Shown: piece by piece, positions 1 to 8,506 of the stretch
How the letters are laid out: the number at the start of each line of letters is the position of its first letter
How positions within the stretch are numbered: position 1 is the stretch's first letter
Origin: a virus
DNA length: 64,000 nucleotides
Virus record (IMG/VR): IMGVR_UViG_3300049489_001336
Coordinates: 96,001-160,000 of that record
Direction: 5' to 3' (one strand)
Notes under the pieces: model-generated
Told to the model about the DNA's origin: nothing
Database searches by the model: none
Seen by the model: only the letters and a program-made list of their open reading frames with translations
Translations under genes and position numbers: made by a program

Positions 1-98
1 CAATTAGTACAATCACAACCAAGGCAGGTACAGGGTTGCAGACAAAGACAATGACGTCACAAACAAAATCAAGTAACTCATCCGTTACTGTGGGTTCT

Positions 99-359
99 TC
101 ATCCGACATCGTCGACAAGAATCCAATCGTTTGCGAGAACATCTGTTTGCGACGCGAACCAAGGAACTAGTTTATTGTCTGCCGTCTTCATGACGATGAA
201 CGGCAACCATGTTCCTACGCAGGGATCGATTTCACGGACTTTGAATTCCTTGTCCGAATAAAGGTCCACGTAGCGTAGCCACATGCCTTTCCCGTTCCAG
301 CCGGTGCGTGCGACGCGTTTTCCTTGTTTAAGTAATGTGATGGCATCCCCGAAATTCAT
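99..359 (-). CDS. Tad2/DUF2829-family protein (putative Thoeris anti-defence nucleotide sponge), 86 aa; in frame with an upstream 83-aa extension starting at 608
   Basis: Family-typical pattern recognised by eye: MNFGDAITLLKQGKRVARTGWNGKGMWL...IVMKTADNKLVPWFASQTDVLANDW. Internal RBS (AAGGGG) just before the ATG at 359. Confidence 0.75.
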   Translation of the reverse strand: MNFGDAITLLKQGKRVARTGWNGKGMWLRYVDLYSDKEFKVREIDPCVGTWLPFIVMKTADNKLVPWFASQTDVLANDWILVDDVG

Positions 360-588
360 ACATTCCCCTTTCACCGTACGCCTTACCCCTAAGGCGCCAG
401 GTTCAATGTCTTCTAAGTCTAACAACGCAGGCGCTTTAGGCTGACTTACATGCCAAGCTTCAATTTGTGCATGTTCGTCGGCGCTAAGCGTCCACCAAAG
501 GTCACTGAGCTCTTCGGCACGTCGGGACTCTTCTGCGTCCGACAACGGCCTGTCTAATTCCAGTTTTATGAACAAATCGAGATAGCGC

Positions 589-933
589 TCAACACTCATG
601 GTGTTCACCTACCCAAGCCGTCGGGCCTAGTTCTGCAATTAGACCCCCAGGGAAGCGTACCACGGTAACGCGTGTTCCTACATTGTTTGTGTATTCGTAT
701 TCAATGGTACCGCGCGTGCCTGGCGCAACTCGCTGGTATGTGTTGGGCGTATCTTCGTGTTCGGCCCAAACCGAACCCAGGTTGACTACGTATTGCTCAT
801 CTACTGCCACGTGAAACTTACCTGTAGATGCGTCACGACATATTCGACAGCGCGAAATACAATGTAACCAGCGCCGCCAAGGGCACCCAAAAACATAACC
901 CATTCTCTGCGGCTGGTCACGAACATGGATCAT
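589..933 (-). CDS. hypothetical protein
   Basis: 114-aa ORF, overlaps neighbours in a tightly packed operon. Confidence 0.55.
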   Translation of the reverse strand: MIHVRDQPQRMGYVFGCPWRRWLHCISRCRICRDASTGKFHVAVDEQYVVNLGSVWAEHEDTPNTYQRVAPGTRGTIEYEYTNNVGTRVTVVRFPGGLIAELGPTAWVGEHHEC

Positions 934-1205
934 ACCTTCTTAGGGTATACCACCCCGGCACGGCGAAGTCTGGCCTCTAATGTTTTTACTTTACGTGAAA
1001 GCTTTTGGTTGCGCTCTTCGAGCGAAAATAAGCGGATGCGCAAATCACACTCAGAGCAAGTGCCGTAAATATGCCCATGTTCGCAGCCATCGTCGGTACG
1101 ATTGAACTGCCCACGGGGATCAATGGGCAGTTCGTGGATACGCGCTTTGAGTTTTTCGATGACAATTTTAGAAGACTTAAAGCGCAGAGGTTGCTTGACG
1201 TTCAC
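930..1205 (-). CDS. hypothetical protein with CxxxHxxxxCxxC cluster and C-terminal coiled coil
   Basis: CEHGHIYGTCSEC followed by a heptad-like tail; 4-bp overlap with the 589-933 gene. Confidence 0.55.
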   Translation of the reverse strand: MNVKQPLRFKSSKIVIEKLKARIHELPIDPRGQFNRTDDGCEHGHIYGTCSECDLRIRLFSLEERNQKLSRKVKTLEARLRRAGVVYPKKV

Positions 1206-1488
1206 GCGTTTTCTCTCCCGAGCTCAACAAATGCCGGATACGAGAAAGTGTATTTTCGACCCCTTGAATCAACTCGTGAGGCGCACTTTTGCCGTACCCT
1301 TCGTAGGTACTCAGCGTCGTAACGCCAAACAAGTCAGGTCTATCGGGTTCCCAGGTAACTACGATTTTGTCGCCGACATACGCAATATCAATGAACGTTT
1401 CATTTGGGTAGCGCTCTACCTCTAGATGTACATTTTCACATTTAGCTGCTTCTAGTTTGGATACAAGCAAATCAACAGGATGTGACAT
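1177..1488 (-). CDS. hypothetical protein
   Basis: 103-aa ORF with GGAGG RBS upstream. Confidence 0.65.
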   Translation of the reverse strand: MSHPVDLLVSKLEAAKCENVHLEVERYPNETFIDIAYVGDKIVVTWEPDRPDLFGVTTLSTYEGYGKSAPHELIQGVENTLSRIRHLLSSGEKTRERQATSAL

Positions 1489-1503
1489 AAAACCTCCAAA
1501 AGG

Positions 1504-1536
1504 AAAAAGACGGTGCAGCGATTAAGCTCACCGTCT
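1504..1536 (-). terminator. intrinsic terminator downstream of Y-like RNA 1
   Basis: AGACGGTG...CACCGTCT stem followed by a U-run on the minus strand. Confidence 0.7.
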
Positions 1537-1545
1537 GAAAATTAA

Positions 1546-1655
1546 AGAGTAGCAAAAAGAGAAGAGTATCGAGCTACCAATGCTCGGTCTGCGGCATAAG
1601 AGGAGCCGCAGATTGGATTCGAACCAATAATGTACACCCTTCAGGCATCTACTCT
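1546..1655 (-). ncRNA. Y-RNA (YrlA)-like RNA, copy 1, with permuted tRNA module
   Basis: Closing stem AGAGUAG/CUACUCU; inner stem GAAGGGUGUAC/AUACUCUUC; T arm AUUGG-UUCGAAU-CCAAU; closed acceptor hairpin CUGCGGC/GCCGCAG; D arm CGAGC-AUUGGUA-GCUCG. Confidence 0.75.
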
Positions 1656-1867
1656 AACGTTGAGTTTAGACCTATGTAGTGCAAAACGCAACTACATGGT
1701 CATATAACTCTTTTTACAACGAACACACGCTACGCGGTACGGCGGTGCTAGCCCCATAAAACCATGGGCTTCCAAAATCACGGTCGAATGAAAACCCATG
1801 AAACACAAAAAGCGCCCGAACATACGACTCCAACCTTGGCGTTTTGGAAGGGTTGTAAGCATCGCAG

Positions 1868-2113
1868 TTACGTTTTGGGTTTGACTCCCATGTCGGAGTC
1901 ACAGAGGGCTTTGGTGAACTTATTGATACTCATGTAGAGTTCACGCTCGGCTTGGCGCACCTTAGGTTGCGCGTCGTTATTTCTAAGCCAATTGAGCCGA
2001 GTATTGATTTCTTCTTGGAACTTTGCGAGATCGGCTCTGCCTTCACGCGTCATCACCAGCGTGCACATTTCATCGACAAGTTTATCTACGAGCCAATCCG
2101 TTACGGTTGACAT
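1868..2113 (-). CDS. hypothetical protein
   Basis: 81-aa helical ORF with RBS. Confidence 0.6.
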   Translation of the reverse strand: MSTVTDWLVDKLVDEMCTLVMTREGRADLAKFQEEINTRLNWLRNNDAQPKVRQAERELYMSINKFTKALCDSDMGVKPKT

Positions 2114-2170
2114 TGCGGTGTTCTCCTCCGATTAAAAGAAACACGATTACTACAAGACACTGTTTTTTGC

Positions 2171-2209
2171 AAAAAAAAAAACGTAGCTACAAACAAGCTG
2201 TAGCTACGT
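2171..2209 (-). terminator. intrinsic terminator after the tRNA/Y-RNA transcript
   Basis: 10-bp perfect stem ACGTAGCTAC/GTAGCTACGT followed by T10 on the minus strand. Confidence 0.8.
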
Positions 2210-2217
2210 AAAAAGAA

Positions 2218-2366
2218 GCGGTAACAAAAAGTGAAAAGTCGTTTGGCTTTTGCTCTACCAACTGAGCTACCAGCCTGTAAAGACTTCTGTAAAGACTTCT
2301 GGCAGGCTGGGATGGACTCGAACCACCGACCCAAAGTGTGGATGTAGACCTTTCGGCATTTACCGC
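2218..2366 (-). ncRNA. Y-RNA-like RNA, copy 2
   Basis: Closing stem GCGGUAA/UUACCGC; GGUCUACAUC motif; T arm GGUGG-UUCGAGU-CCAUC; acceptor hairpin CCAGCCUG/CAGGCUGG with CCA and a duplicated loop; D arm UAGCUCAGUUGGUAGAGC. Abuts the tRNA-Tyr 3' end. Confidence 0.8.
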
Positions 2367-2453
2367 TGGTGCAGGAGGAAGGACTCGAACCTCCGAAGTG
2401 CTAAGCACATCTGGTTTACAGCCAGACCCCTTTGCCGCTCGGGACAATCCTGC
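2367..2453 (-). tRNA. tRNA-Tyr (GTA), CCA-encoded, long variable arm
   Basis: Complete cloverleaf GCAGGATTGTCCCGAGCGGCAAAGGGGTCTGGCT-GTA-AACCAGA...GGTTCGAGTCCTTCCTCCTGCACCA; discriminator A. Confidence 0.92.
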
Positions 2454-2458
2454 AAAAA

Positions 2459-2591
2459 GAAACAGCAAAATTAGAAGAGTTTATTTTATACTGGTTACCC
2501 AACGCCCCCATAGATTGGTGGAGGCAAGCGGATTCGAACCGCAACAGTCCTTTTGGTCAAAAAAGATGTAAACCCTTCAGGTATCTGTTTC
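2459..2591 (-). ncRNA. Y-RNA-like RNA, copy 3
   Basis: Closing stem GAAACAG/CUGUUUC; GAAGGGUUUA/UAAACUCUUC; T arm GCGG-UUCGAAU-CCGC; acceptor GCCUCCA(CCA)/UGGGGGC; reduced D arm; AGUUUU 5' leader. Confidence 0.75.
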
Positions 2592-2615
2592 AAAACTCAG
2601 TATGCCGAAACGTGT

Positions 2616-3212
2616 TCAGTCGTGCAAGGCGCCCGAGAACGCAGCCATGAAGTCCACTTCTTCGAGCTTCTTCACGTCCACGATATCATGCTTGGCGCCC
2701 TTGAGGTCGTCATCCAACGCCGTCAAGAAGTTCTGCAGGTCGGGCGCGATATTTCCCACCGTGAGGAAGGAAATCGCAAACTCGTGCTCATCCCGAATGT
2801 CATTGCTGATGTCGATGATGACCTTCTTCACAGCCGCACGGTCCGCAGGCTCGCCGTCGGTGGCGACGAACAGTAGCGTCTGCGCGTACTTGCCTTCCTT
2901 GTGCAGGCTGTAGGCGGCCTTGATAAGCGCGGCGGTGTCCGTCATGCCTTCATTGGCCTTGAGCCCGCCAATGACGTCGTGGGCCTTTTCTGCGGTCACA
3001 TTGCGATAGGGCGTGACCTTCGCGCCAAAGGTGAGGACGTCGATTCCATCTTCGTCCCACTTGCTGGCCTCCGTAGCGAACGTCTTGACCTGTTCCTTGA
3101 GGTACTCAATGCGTGAGGTACCGTTGGGACAATCCGTGGTCTGCATCGAAGCAGAAACGTCCACGCCAAAGATGAAGTTGTCACCGCGATTGAGTTCAAG
3201 CTGAGAAGACAT
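2616..3212 (-). CDS. stand-alone von Willebrand factor A (vWA) domain protein
   Basis: MIDAS motif DVSASM, TDT, DGEP, FLTVG. Start placed at MSSQLE (3212). Confidence 0.85.
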   Translation of the reverse strand: MSSQLELNRGDNFIFGVDVSASMQTTDCPNGTSRIEYLKEQVKTFATEASKWDEDGIDVLTFGAKVTPYRNVTAEKAHDVIGGLKANEGMTDTAALIKAAYSLHKEGKYAQTLLFVATDGEPADRAAVKKVIIDISNDIRDEHEFAISFLTVGNIAPDLQNFLTALDDDLKGAKHDIVDVKKLEEVDFMAAFSGALHD

Positions 3213-3291
3213 GTTTCTTTTCTTTCTTTTTTCGGAAATCCACAAATAAATAAACAACAATTAAAGAAGAGACATCACCGAAAGTTTTGTC

Positions 3292-3624
3292 TCAAACAGC
3301 TTTGACTGTGTACTCGGGAGGTACAAAGAACGCAAGGACTTCTTTGTACACCAGCGAGTCATCGAGCTTATCATGCACATGGAGAAAATACCGAGAACCC
3401 CAACATAGAATTTCCACGCGAGGTTGAAACGGAGGAATTTTCACGTCCGTAACGAATTGACCATCTTTGGTGTAAAGATGCGCCACTTCGTAGAATTCGC
3501 CGTTGACTTTATCCACGGTCACTTCCAATTCCATAAGACATGACGGTGGATTTAAAGTGGTGTGACCACTCCCATTCGTCGAGGACGAATTGACAAAACT
3601 GCCGCTCAGTAACGGTAATTTCAT
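3292..3624 (-). CDS. hypothetical protein (true start probably at MELEVT)
   Basis: ORF in operon. Confidence 0.55.
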   Translation of the reverse strand: MKLPLLSGSFVNSSSTNGSGHTTLNPPSCLMELEVTVDKVNGEFYEVAHLYTKDGQFVTDVKIPPFQPRVEILCWGSRYFLHVHDKLDDSLVYKEVLAFFVPPEYTVKAV

Positions 3625-3937
3625 CGGCCGTGCTCATTTCGAGCATACGGATAGTCTTGTTGTATTCTTTGACATGCGATACAGGCTCAACGCAGCTGAT
3701 TTGGCGAATCACCTCAGCTTTATTGACTGCCTTGTCCAGCATCAGCGTAAGCTCTTGAATAGCTGCCGCACGGTAGGCTTTGCAGGCCAACACGTATTCT
3801 TCTTGATGCTTATTTCGGTTAAGCCGAATCGCATCCAAAAGCGTTTCTTTATTGATCGTTACCTTGCCCGTGCCAAAGTCATTTAACATACTTTGCCCTG
3901 TATTTAGAGAGTTCCGCTTTAAGTTCGCGGTTCTCAC
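3509..3937 (-). CDS. conserved-looking phage hypothetical protein
   Basis: KVTINKETLLDAIRLNR...YNKTIRMLEMSTADEI...FVLDEWEW. Confidence 0.65.
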   Translation of the reverse strand: MRTANLKRNSLNTGQSMLNDFGTGKVTINKETLLDAIRLNRNKHQEEYVLACKAYRAAAIQELTLMLDKAVNKAEVIRQISCVEPVSHVKEYNKTIRMLEMSTADEITVTERQFCQFVLDEWEWSHHFKSTVMSYGIGSDRG

Positions 3938-4088
3938 GTGCTAAAGAAGAAATCTTTGCGTCGCGCGCAACGATCATTTTACGAAATTTGTCGTAGTCTG
4001 CACATATCGTGCAGTCGTCTTTCCAACGCTTGTGCTCGCAGGCGCTGGGCCCTGTGTAATTGCCGCAGTCGTCGGTCCAATTGGGCAT
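3879..4088 (-). CDS. small Cys/His-containing coiled-coil protein
   Basis: CEH...CTIC followed by a coiled coil; RBS GGGGA. Confidence 0.55.
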   Translation of the reverse strand: MPNWTDDCGNYTGPSACEHKRWKDDCTICADYDKFRKMIVARDAKISSLARENRELKAELSKYRAKYVK

Positions 4089-4506
4089 AAATCCCCGTCT
4101 AATTTCTTATACCAAGAAAAGACGGGAAACCATCAATCGTTGATTGCCGTGCATTCTTTCGGAGAATGATGCTCCAGGCATTTATACATGAGCTCGTGTT
4201 TTTCACACGACTCAAAGCACGACGCAACAGCCCACGGCCCAAATAAAATCAACGCAAACCAAATGTAGTCGGGCATACTCCCTCAATCTGCCGGCGGTGC
4301 ACGTTGCGGTACACACTGTTCAATACACTCTTGATGCAGCCAATAATTTTGGCATGAATGAACGACGTTTAAAAGAAACAGCATCAACAAGACGAGGGCA
4401 AGTAAACCTTGATTCCCCACAAAGCCTCTTTGTAAAGACCCGCAGTATCTTTCCGCGCTGCGGGCGGCCACGGTCTACGAACACACACCTATTCGTAAAA
4501 TAGGCG

Positions 4507-4702
4507 AGGTTATTGCCTCTACGAAGTCGTGCGAATTCCAACCTACGTATAGGTATTTAAACTGGTTGGGGCGACCTTCCAGGAGCTATACGCGACTGCT
4601 CTGCTGCCACAGCACTGGCTTCATCCCACACCTGGCAGGGCGTGTTTATGGACTTATCCCAGTCTATAATCAAATTGCACGACTTCGTAGAAGCAACAAC
4701 CT
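4507..4702 (-). ncRNA. candidate 6S-like structured RNA (~196 nt)
   Basis: 26-bp terminal stem whose two mismatches are G-U wobbles only on the minus strand; A/U-rich central bubble containing an ACCUA-UACG-UAGGU hairpin; inner stem UAGACUGG/CCAGUUUA. Confidence 0.55.
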
Positions 4703-4738
4703 GAGGAGAAGGGACTCTACAAGGAGAGCTTTCTTCTT

Positions 4739-5644
4739 TCAAGGAGTTTTTTCTATTCTGTCGAGATAACGCTGCGCAAGGGTGCTGCACACGGTTTTAC
4801 GTGTTGCTTCACCCAAGTAAAAACCGGCATTTGGGTACTGATAGTCGCGCCACGCCGTGTCCAACCAGCGCGAATAATACGGGTATACTTCTTGTAAATT
4901 TGTTTTGAACTTACCGCGTTGACGGTCAATGACGTCTTCCACTCGCCGCAAACTATTGCGCGCGGGCCCGCCGTTGATTCCATCAAGGTATTTCAAAAAG
5001 CTTTCAGCTTCGGTGAGAGGCTTTGGCTTTTCGTCGGACTTCAGGGTTTTTAGGCATTCGTTTGCAAGAATGTCCAACGTCAAATTCGCCACGGTAGCCC
5101 CGACTTTTTTCTCGGCAGCGTAGTAACTGTTATAGCGGCGCATCGCATAGCTTACAGTTACATGCAGGGCGTTTTTTACGCTGTCCAATGTTAATTGATC
5201 TCTCGGTTTCTGCGAGATCATCGCAAAAACTTCTACATACCTTGCAATGACCGCATTCACAGGGCCTTTGGTAATGAAATGCGCAAACGTCTCTGCACGA
5301 GTTTTCTGCGCTTCTGTAGGCTCTTTTACCCGTGATTTTTCCGCGTCGACTTGGGGAATGACGCTGCTTTGGTACGTAAGATTGAGCCTTATTTCTTTGA
5401 CGATAGGCTGCAGTTCCGAAGTCCACGTACGCCCATGCTCTGCGCAAGCCACGCCCTGCTCGTGCAGCTTTTTACGCTTCTCCTCGGCGCACTTGGGACA
5501 GCTGAAGCGATGGGGGAGCTGAAGGTTATGCGCTTGGCAGGTGTACTTGAAAACGTCGTAACCCATGGAAGATCTCCTATTTACGGGGTTTATTACGAGG
5601 CTTTTTGCGGTGCTCTTTCTTTTCGAGCATCGTGGCCAAATCAA
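4739..5644 (-). CDS. hypothetical protein with N-terminal CxxH-CxxC zinc-finger-like motifs (start likely MGYDVF)
   Basis: CQAH...CPKC...CAEH. Confidence 0.6.
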   Translation of the reverse strand: MIWPRCSKRKSTAKSLVINPVNRRSSMGYDVFKYTCQAHNLQLPHRFSCPKCAEEKRKKLHEQGVACAEHGRTWTSELQPIVKEIRLNLTYQSSVIPQVDAEKSRVKEPTEAQKTRAETFAHFITKGPVNAVIARYVEVFAMISQKPRDQLTLDSVKNALHVTVSYAMRRYNSYYAAEKKVGATVANLTLDILANECLKTLKSDEKPKPLTEAESFLKYLDGINGGPARNSLRRVEDVIDRQRGKFKTNLQEVYPYYSRWLDTAWRDYQYPNAGFYLGEATRKTVCSTLAQRYLDRIEKTP

Positions 5645-5828
5645 AAAGCCGCGTCAGGTGGAGTTCCTTGGCGCGACTACGAATGAACGCAATGGTGTCT
5701 TCGAGTTCTTTTTCACGGCCTCGGGCGTAGGCCGTTTTATGTATTTTGAAAAAGGCCAACATCTCCGGATTGTCACGGAGATATTGTTCAAGTTCTTTTA
5801 CCTCGATCTCTTCGCTTTTGGTGCTCAC
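5577..5828 (-). CDS. hypothetical protein
   Basis: 83-aa ORF with RBS. Confidence 0.55.
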   Translation of the reverse strand: MSTKSEEIEVKELEQYLRDNPEMLAFFKIHKTAYARGREKELEDTIAFIRSRAKELHLTRLFDLATMLEKKEHRKKPRNKPRK

Positions 5829-5983
5829 GCCGCATTCTCCATAGTTTGTACTGGGCGAGTAGATGCCCTATCCAAAAACCCGCTAGGAGCAACACCACGA
5901 AAAGGTACTGACGCGTACCAAAGAAGAACCCGACGAGAAAAAGCAGCATAATTGCGATGGCTAGTTCTCTGTTTTTCGGGTCT

Positions 5984-6523
5984 TTAAACACGACGATCGC
6001 CCCAGAAGAAATAGTCGGTGTACAGCATAGCCACTGCGCGTCGCACATACGAGGTATCTTGGTACGCCATGACGGCTGCTTTGAGTTCTTCCGCAGCGGT
6101 TTTAATGACATCGACATAGCTGTGACTTGCTTCGGTCCACAGGGCATAAGCCCAGGCGGGGTCTGGTTCTCCTTCTCCAAGTTTTTGCAGCAAAGACTTT
6201 TCTACTGCTTGCTGTTCTCTAGCCGCTGCAGGCGAAGAGTTTTCAATCCAGTTAATCAAGGTAATAGCGTGGCCCGCATACTCTTGGTAGTCGATAATCA
6301 TGAGTTTATTGTACAAGTATTCCTGTAAATAATCGTAGGGTTCTACGGGTTGCTTGGGAAACAACGCGTGTTTTTCTGCGACGTAGAGACCGCGCTCCAA
6401 CAAAGACGTTACAGCTGTTTCTTGTTTACGTTCAGGGGGATCACAGTAATTGCATACGGCAGAGACAAACAACAACGTCATTTTTCGATAGCAGCCAGGG
6501 CAATAAAGTACGGGGTCAGTCAC
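5984..6523 (-). CDS. hypothetical protein, paralog of 6532-6987, with N-terminal CxxC-CxxC
   Basis: Shared C-terminus YTDYFFWGDRR. Confidence 0.7.
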   Translation of the reverse strand: MTDPVLYCPGCYRKMTLLFVSAVCNYCDPPERKQETAVTSLLERGLYVAEKHALFPKQPVEPYDYLQEYLYNKLMIIDYQEYAGHAITLINWIENSSPAAAREQQAVEKSLLQKLGEGEPDPAWAYALWTEASHSYVDVIKTAAEELKAAVMAYQDTSYVRRAVAMLYTDYFFWGDRRV

Positions 6524-6531
6524 AAACCCTC

Positions 6532-6987
6532 CTAAAGGTCAAAACGACGATCGCCCCAAAAGAAATGGTCTGTGTATCCCATGGCTAACGCTTTTTGAGC
6601 CACTGCAGGAACAGACTCCGGTGGAAAAGGAGGGCTGTCTTCTTTTTCCATTTTACATAATTTGGTGTACACGTGATGTGTTATGCCCCAAATTTCGTAC
6701 GCAGCAGGTTCTCCAACCTTGGTTAACGTGACGAGATCTGAGATAAATATCTCAATCTCTTTTTGTTTTTCAGAAAGCTCCGCAGAGCTTTCAATTATAT
6801 CTATCAAAGTCAGCGCTGCCGCAAGGTGTTCACTAGGATCTGGAATACCCAGTACACCTTTGAAATAACGGTCCAGGTATTCGATAATACTCGCTGGTTT
6901 TTGTTTAAATGCGGCGTGGTTTTGCGCAATAAAATCACAAAACTCTTTGTCTTTAGGGCTTGTGAACTTATCAGGGACTAAAAGCAT
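6532..6987 (-). CDS. hypothetical protein, paralog of 5984-6523
   Basis: Shared C-terminus YTDHFFWGDRR. Confidence 0.7.
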   Translation of the reverse strand: MLLVPDKFTSPKDKEFCDFIAQNHAAFKQKPASIIEYLDRYFKGVLGIPDPSEHLAAALTLIDIIESSAELSEKQKEIEIFISDLVTLTKVGEPAAYEIWGITHHVYTKLCKMEKEDSPPFPPESVPAVAQKALAMGYTDHFFWGDRRFDL

Positions 6988-7052
6988 TACAAAACCCTCC
7001 TTAACAACGGTTTACGCCGATGCTCAACTATGATTTTTAATTCAGTCCTTGT

Positions 7053-7268
7053 CTAGGGGACATCTACCCGGAACACTTCATCGAACATTTCGAGGTCAAC
7101 GATGTTAAACACATCAGGTGTCTCATTGCGTATTTCCCGTACCTTTCGTAATAAACGAACACGTGCATTAGCAAATTTAATCGCACTACCCGTCGTGCCT
7201 TTTCCAGTATGCACGATTGGGTAAAGGGCGAAAGCCGCAGCCCACACAAGCTTTTCAGTGTCATTCAT
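7053..7268 (-). CDS. hypothetical protein
   Basis: 71-aa ORF, coupled overlap. Confidence 0.55.
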   Translation of the reverse strand: MNDTEKLVWAAAFALYPIVHTGKGTTGSAIKFANARVRLLRKVREIRNETPDVFNIVDLEMFDEVFRVDVP

Positions 7269-7522
7269 GTAGTCGCTTTGCCTTCTGCTTTGGCTGCTTC
7301 TTGCGCGTTGAGCGCGTCACAAATACGCTTCGCCCATTTTCTTGCAACAGGCTCCGTGTCAAATAAGTCTCCAGGGGTCATACACACGGTTTGGCCGCCT
7401 AAACAAACATGGTACGTCTTCATACCATCTTCGTCATCGACGATGTCCATGTAAAAAGGTTTGTTGTCAGCACTCATCGTCCATCTCACTCCGTAACACG
7501 GGGTAAACCGTCGTGAGCGCAT
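7265..7522 (-). CDS. hypothetical protein (start likely MSADNK)
   Basis: RBS GGAG upstream of an internal ATG. Confidence 0.55.
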   Translation of the reverse strand: MRSRRFTPCYGVRWTMSADNKPFYMDIVDDEDGMKTYHVCLGGQTVCMTPGDLFDTEPVARKWAKRICDALNAQEAAKAEGKATT

Positions 7523-7835
7523 CTTTCTCTGACACGAGTATTTTCACAATATCCATGTGCCCTTTGTGCGCTTCTGCGCGCGTAGCGTAGCGCTTCACGG
7601 TTTTATCCATGACGCCACCAAAGACCATGGTTTCGAACAACAAAGGTTTTTCTTGGTTGTTATACGCATGGTTAATGCCCAAAAAGACGGTCGAAACAGA
7701 AAGCCTAGCGTCGTCTGTTTCGGTGTACAGCAATTGCGTATTATGCGTTGTAATCCACTCGATGTATTGCATCAGCGTTACATTTTGAACGGTATCCCCG
7801 TCAAAAGTATAAAAGGGCGACATTGATTCCTCCAT
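7467..7835 (-). CDS. conserved phage hypothetical protein
   Basis: VSTVFLGINH...PLLFETMVFGG...RYATRAEAHKGH pattern, common in phages. Confidence 0.7.
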   Translation of the reverse strand: MEESMSPFYTFDGDTVQNVTLMQYIEWITTHNTQLLYTETDDARLSVSTVFLGINHAYNNQEKPLLFETMVFGGVMDKTVKRYATRAEAHKGHMDIVKILVSEKDALTTVYPVLRSEMDDEC

Positions 7836-7875
7836 AGACTTTTACCAGAGATAGAGGCTAAAAAAGGCCGAAGCC
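7833..7875 (-). promoter_or_regulatory. short terminator-promoter module, identical to 8123-8165
   Basis: GGC-TTCG-GCC-TTTTTTAGC...CTGGTAAAAGTCTATG; 43-bp exact repeat. Confidence 0.75.
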
Positions 7876-7877
7876 AT

Positions 7878-8120
7878 TTAGCAAAACAGCAAATGCCCTG
7901 TACTTGCTCCTGTACGTGGATTCCACTGAACTACCTGATAACGAATCTCTCGGCATGTCTTTAAGTGCACGTAAACTACTACGGGAAGCGGCTTAAAGCC
8001 TATTGTCTCTAATGTTGCCGTATCAGGCTGTTTATACTGCGATAGATTCACGCCATATTGCTCCAATAAAGAATTGACATCACGTATTAAGCGCTGTTCT
8101 GCGTCTTTACGCACGTACAC
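7878..8120 (-). CDS. cassette-borne hypothetical protein
   Basis: ORF between two identical 43-bp modules. Confidence 0.6.
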   Translation of the reverse strand: MYVRKDAEQRLIRDVNSLLEQYGVNLSQYKQPDTATLETIGFKPLPVVVYVHLKTCREIRYQVVQWNPRTGASTGHLLFC

Positions 8121-8122
8121 CT

Positions 8123-8165
8123 CATAGACTTTTACCAGAGATAGAGGCTAAAAAAGGCCGAAGCC
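8123..8165 (-). promoter_or_regulatory. short terminator-promoter module
   Basis: Exact copy of 7833-7875. Confidence 0.75.
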
Positions 8166-8168
8166 CTT

Positions 8169-8411
8169 TCAAACATGCACAAATACCTGCGTGCACATCT
8201 GCTCGTCTACGAAGGAATCCAAGGCAGAGACGTAGTGTATGTATTCAAGGCGAGATGCTTTGATAAGCACCCCTTCCTTTTCTGCGTTTAGGTTGTGGTA
8301 CTCAAAGTAAAAGGATTGCGCTTCAGCACAGCCTTTTTGACTCGGCGCTTCTGCTTCATCAATCACAAAGTTTGGATGCCGATCTCCTTCAAAAACAAAT
8401 ACAGCGAACAT
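8169..8411 (-). CDS. cassette-borne protein, paralog of 9931-10170
   Basis: Shared MxAxFxF...APSxxxCxxAxSFYFE...ExxGxLxxASRL. Confidence 0.7.
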   Translation of the reverse strand: MFAVFVFEGDRHPNFVIDEAEAPSQKGCAEAQSFYFEYHNLNAEKEGVLIKASRLEYIHYVSALDSFVDEQMCTQVFVHV

Positions 8412-8416
8412 GGCAT

Positions 8417-8484
8417 TTTCTCCTTGTTAAAATCCTATACCAGGGAAACAGGGAGATTTATGAAGGCTAAAAAAGGCCGAAGCC
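8417..8484 (-). promoter_or_regulatory. long terminator-promoter-RBS module
   Basis: GGCTTCGGCCTTTTTTAGCCTTCATAAATCTCCC-N6-CCCTGGTATAGGATTTTAACAAGGAGA. Confidence 0.8.
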
Positions 8485-8506
8485 CCTTTATAGGCAATTA
8501 CGCACG

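Noticed and set aside
2616-3212. Ro60/TROVE partner of the Y-like RNAs
   Set aside because: Only a ~200-aa vWA domain; the large helical TROVE ring is absent.
4507-4702. Retron msr-msd (long a1/a2 inverted repeats)
   Set aside because: No reverse transcriptase in the window, and the neighbours are not RT or effector-like. Kept as a 6S-like candidate instead.
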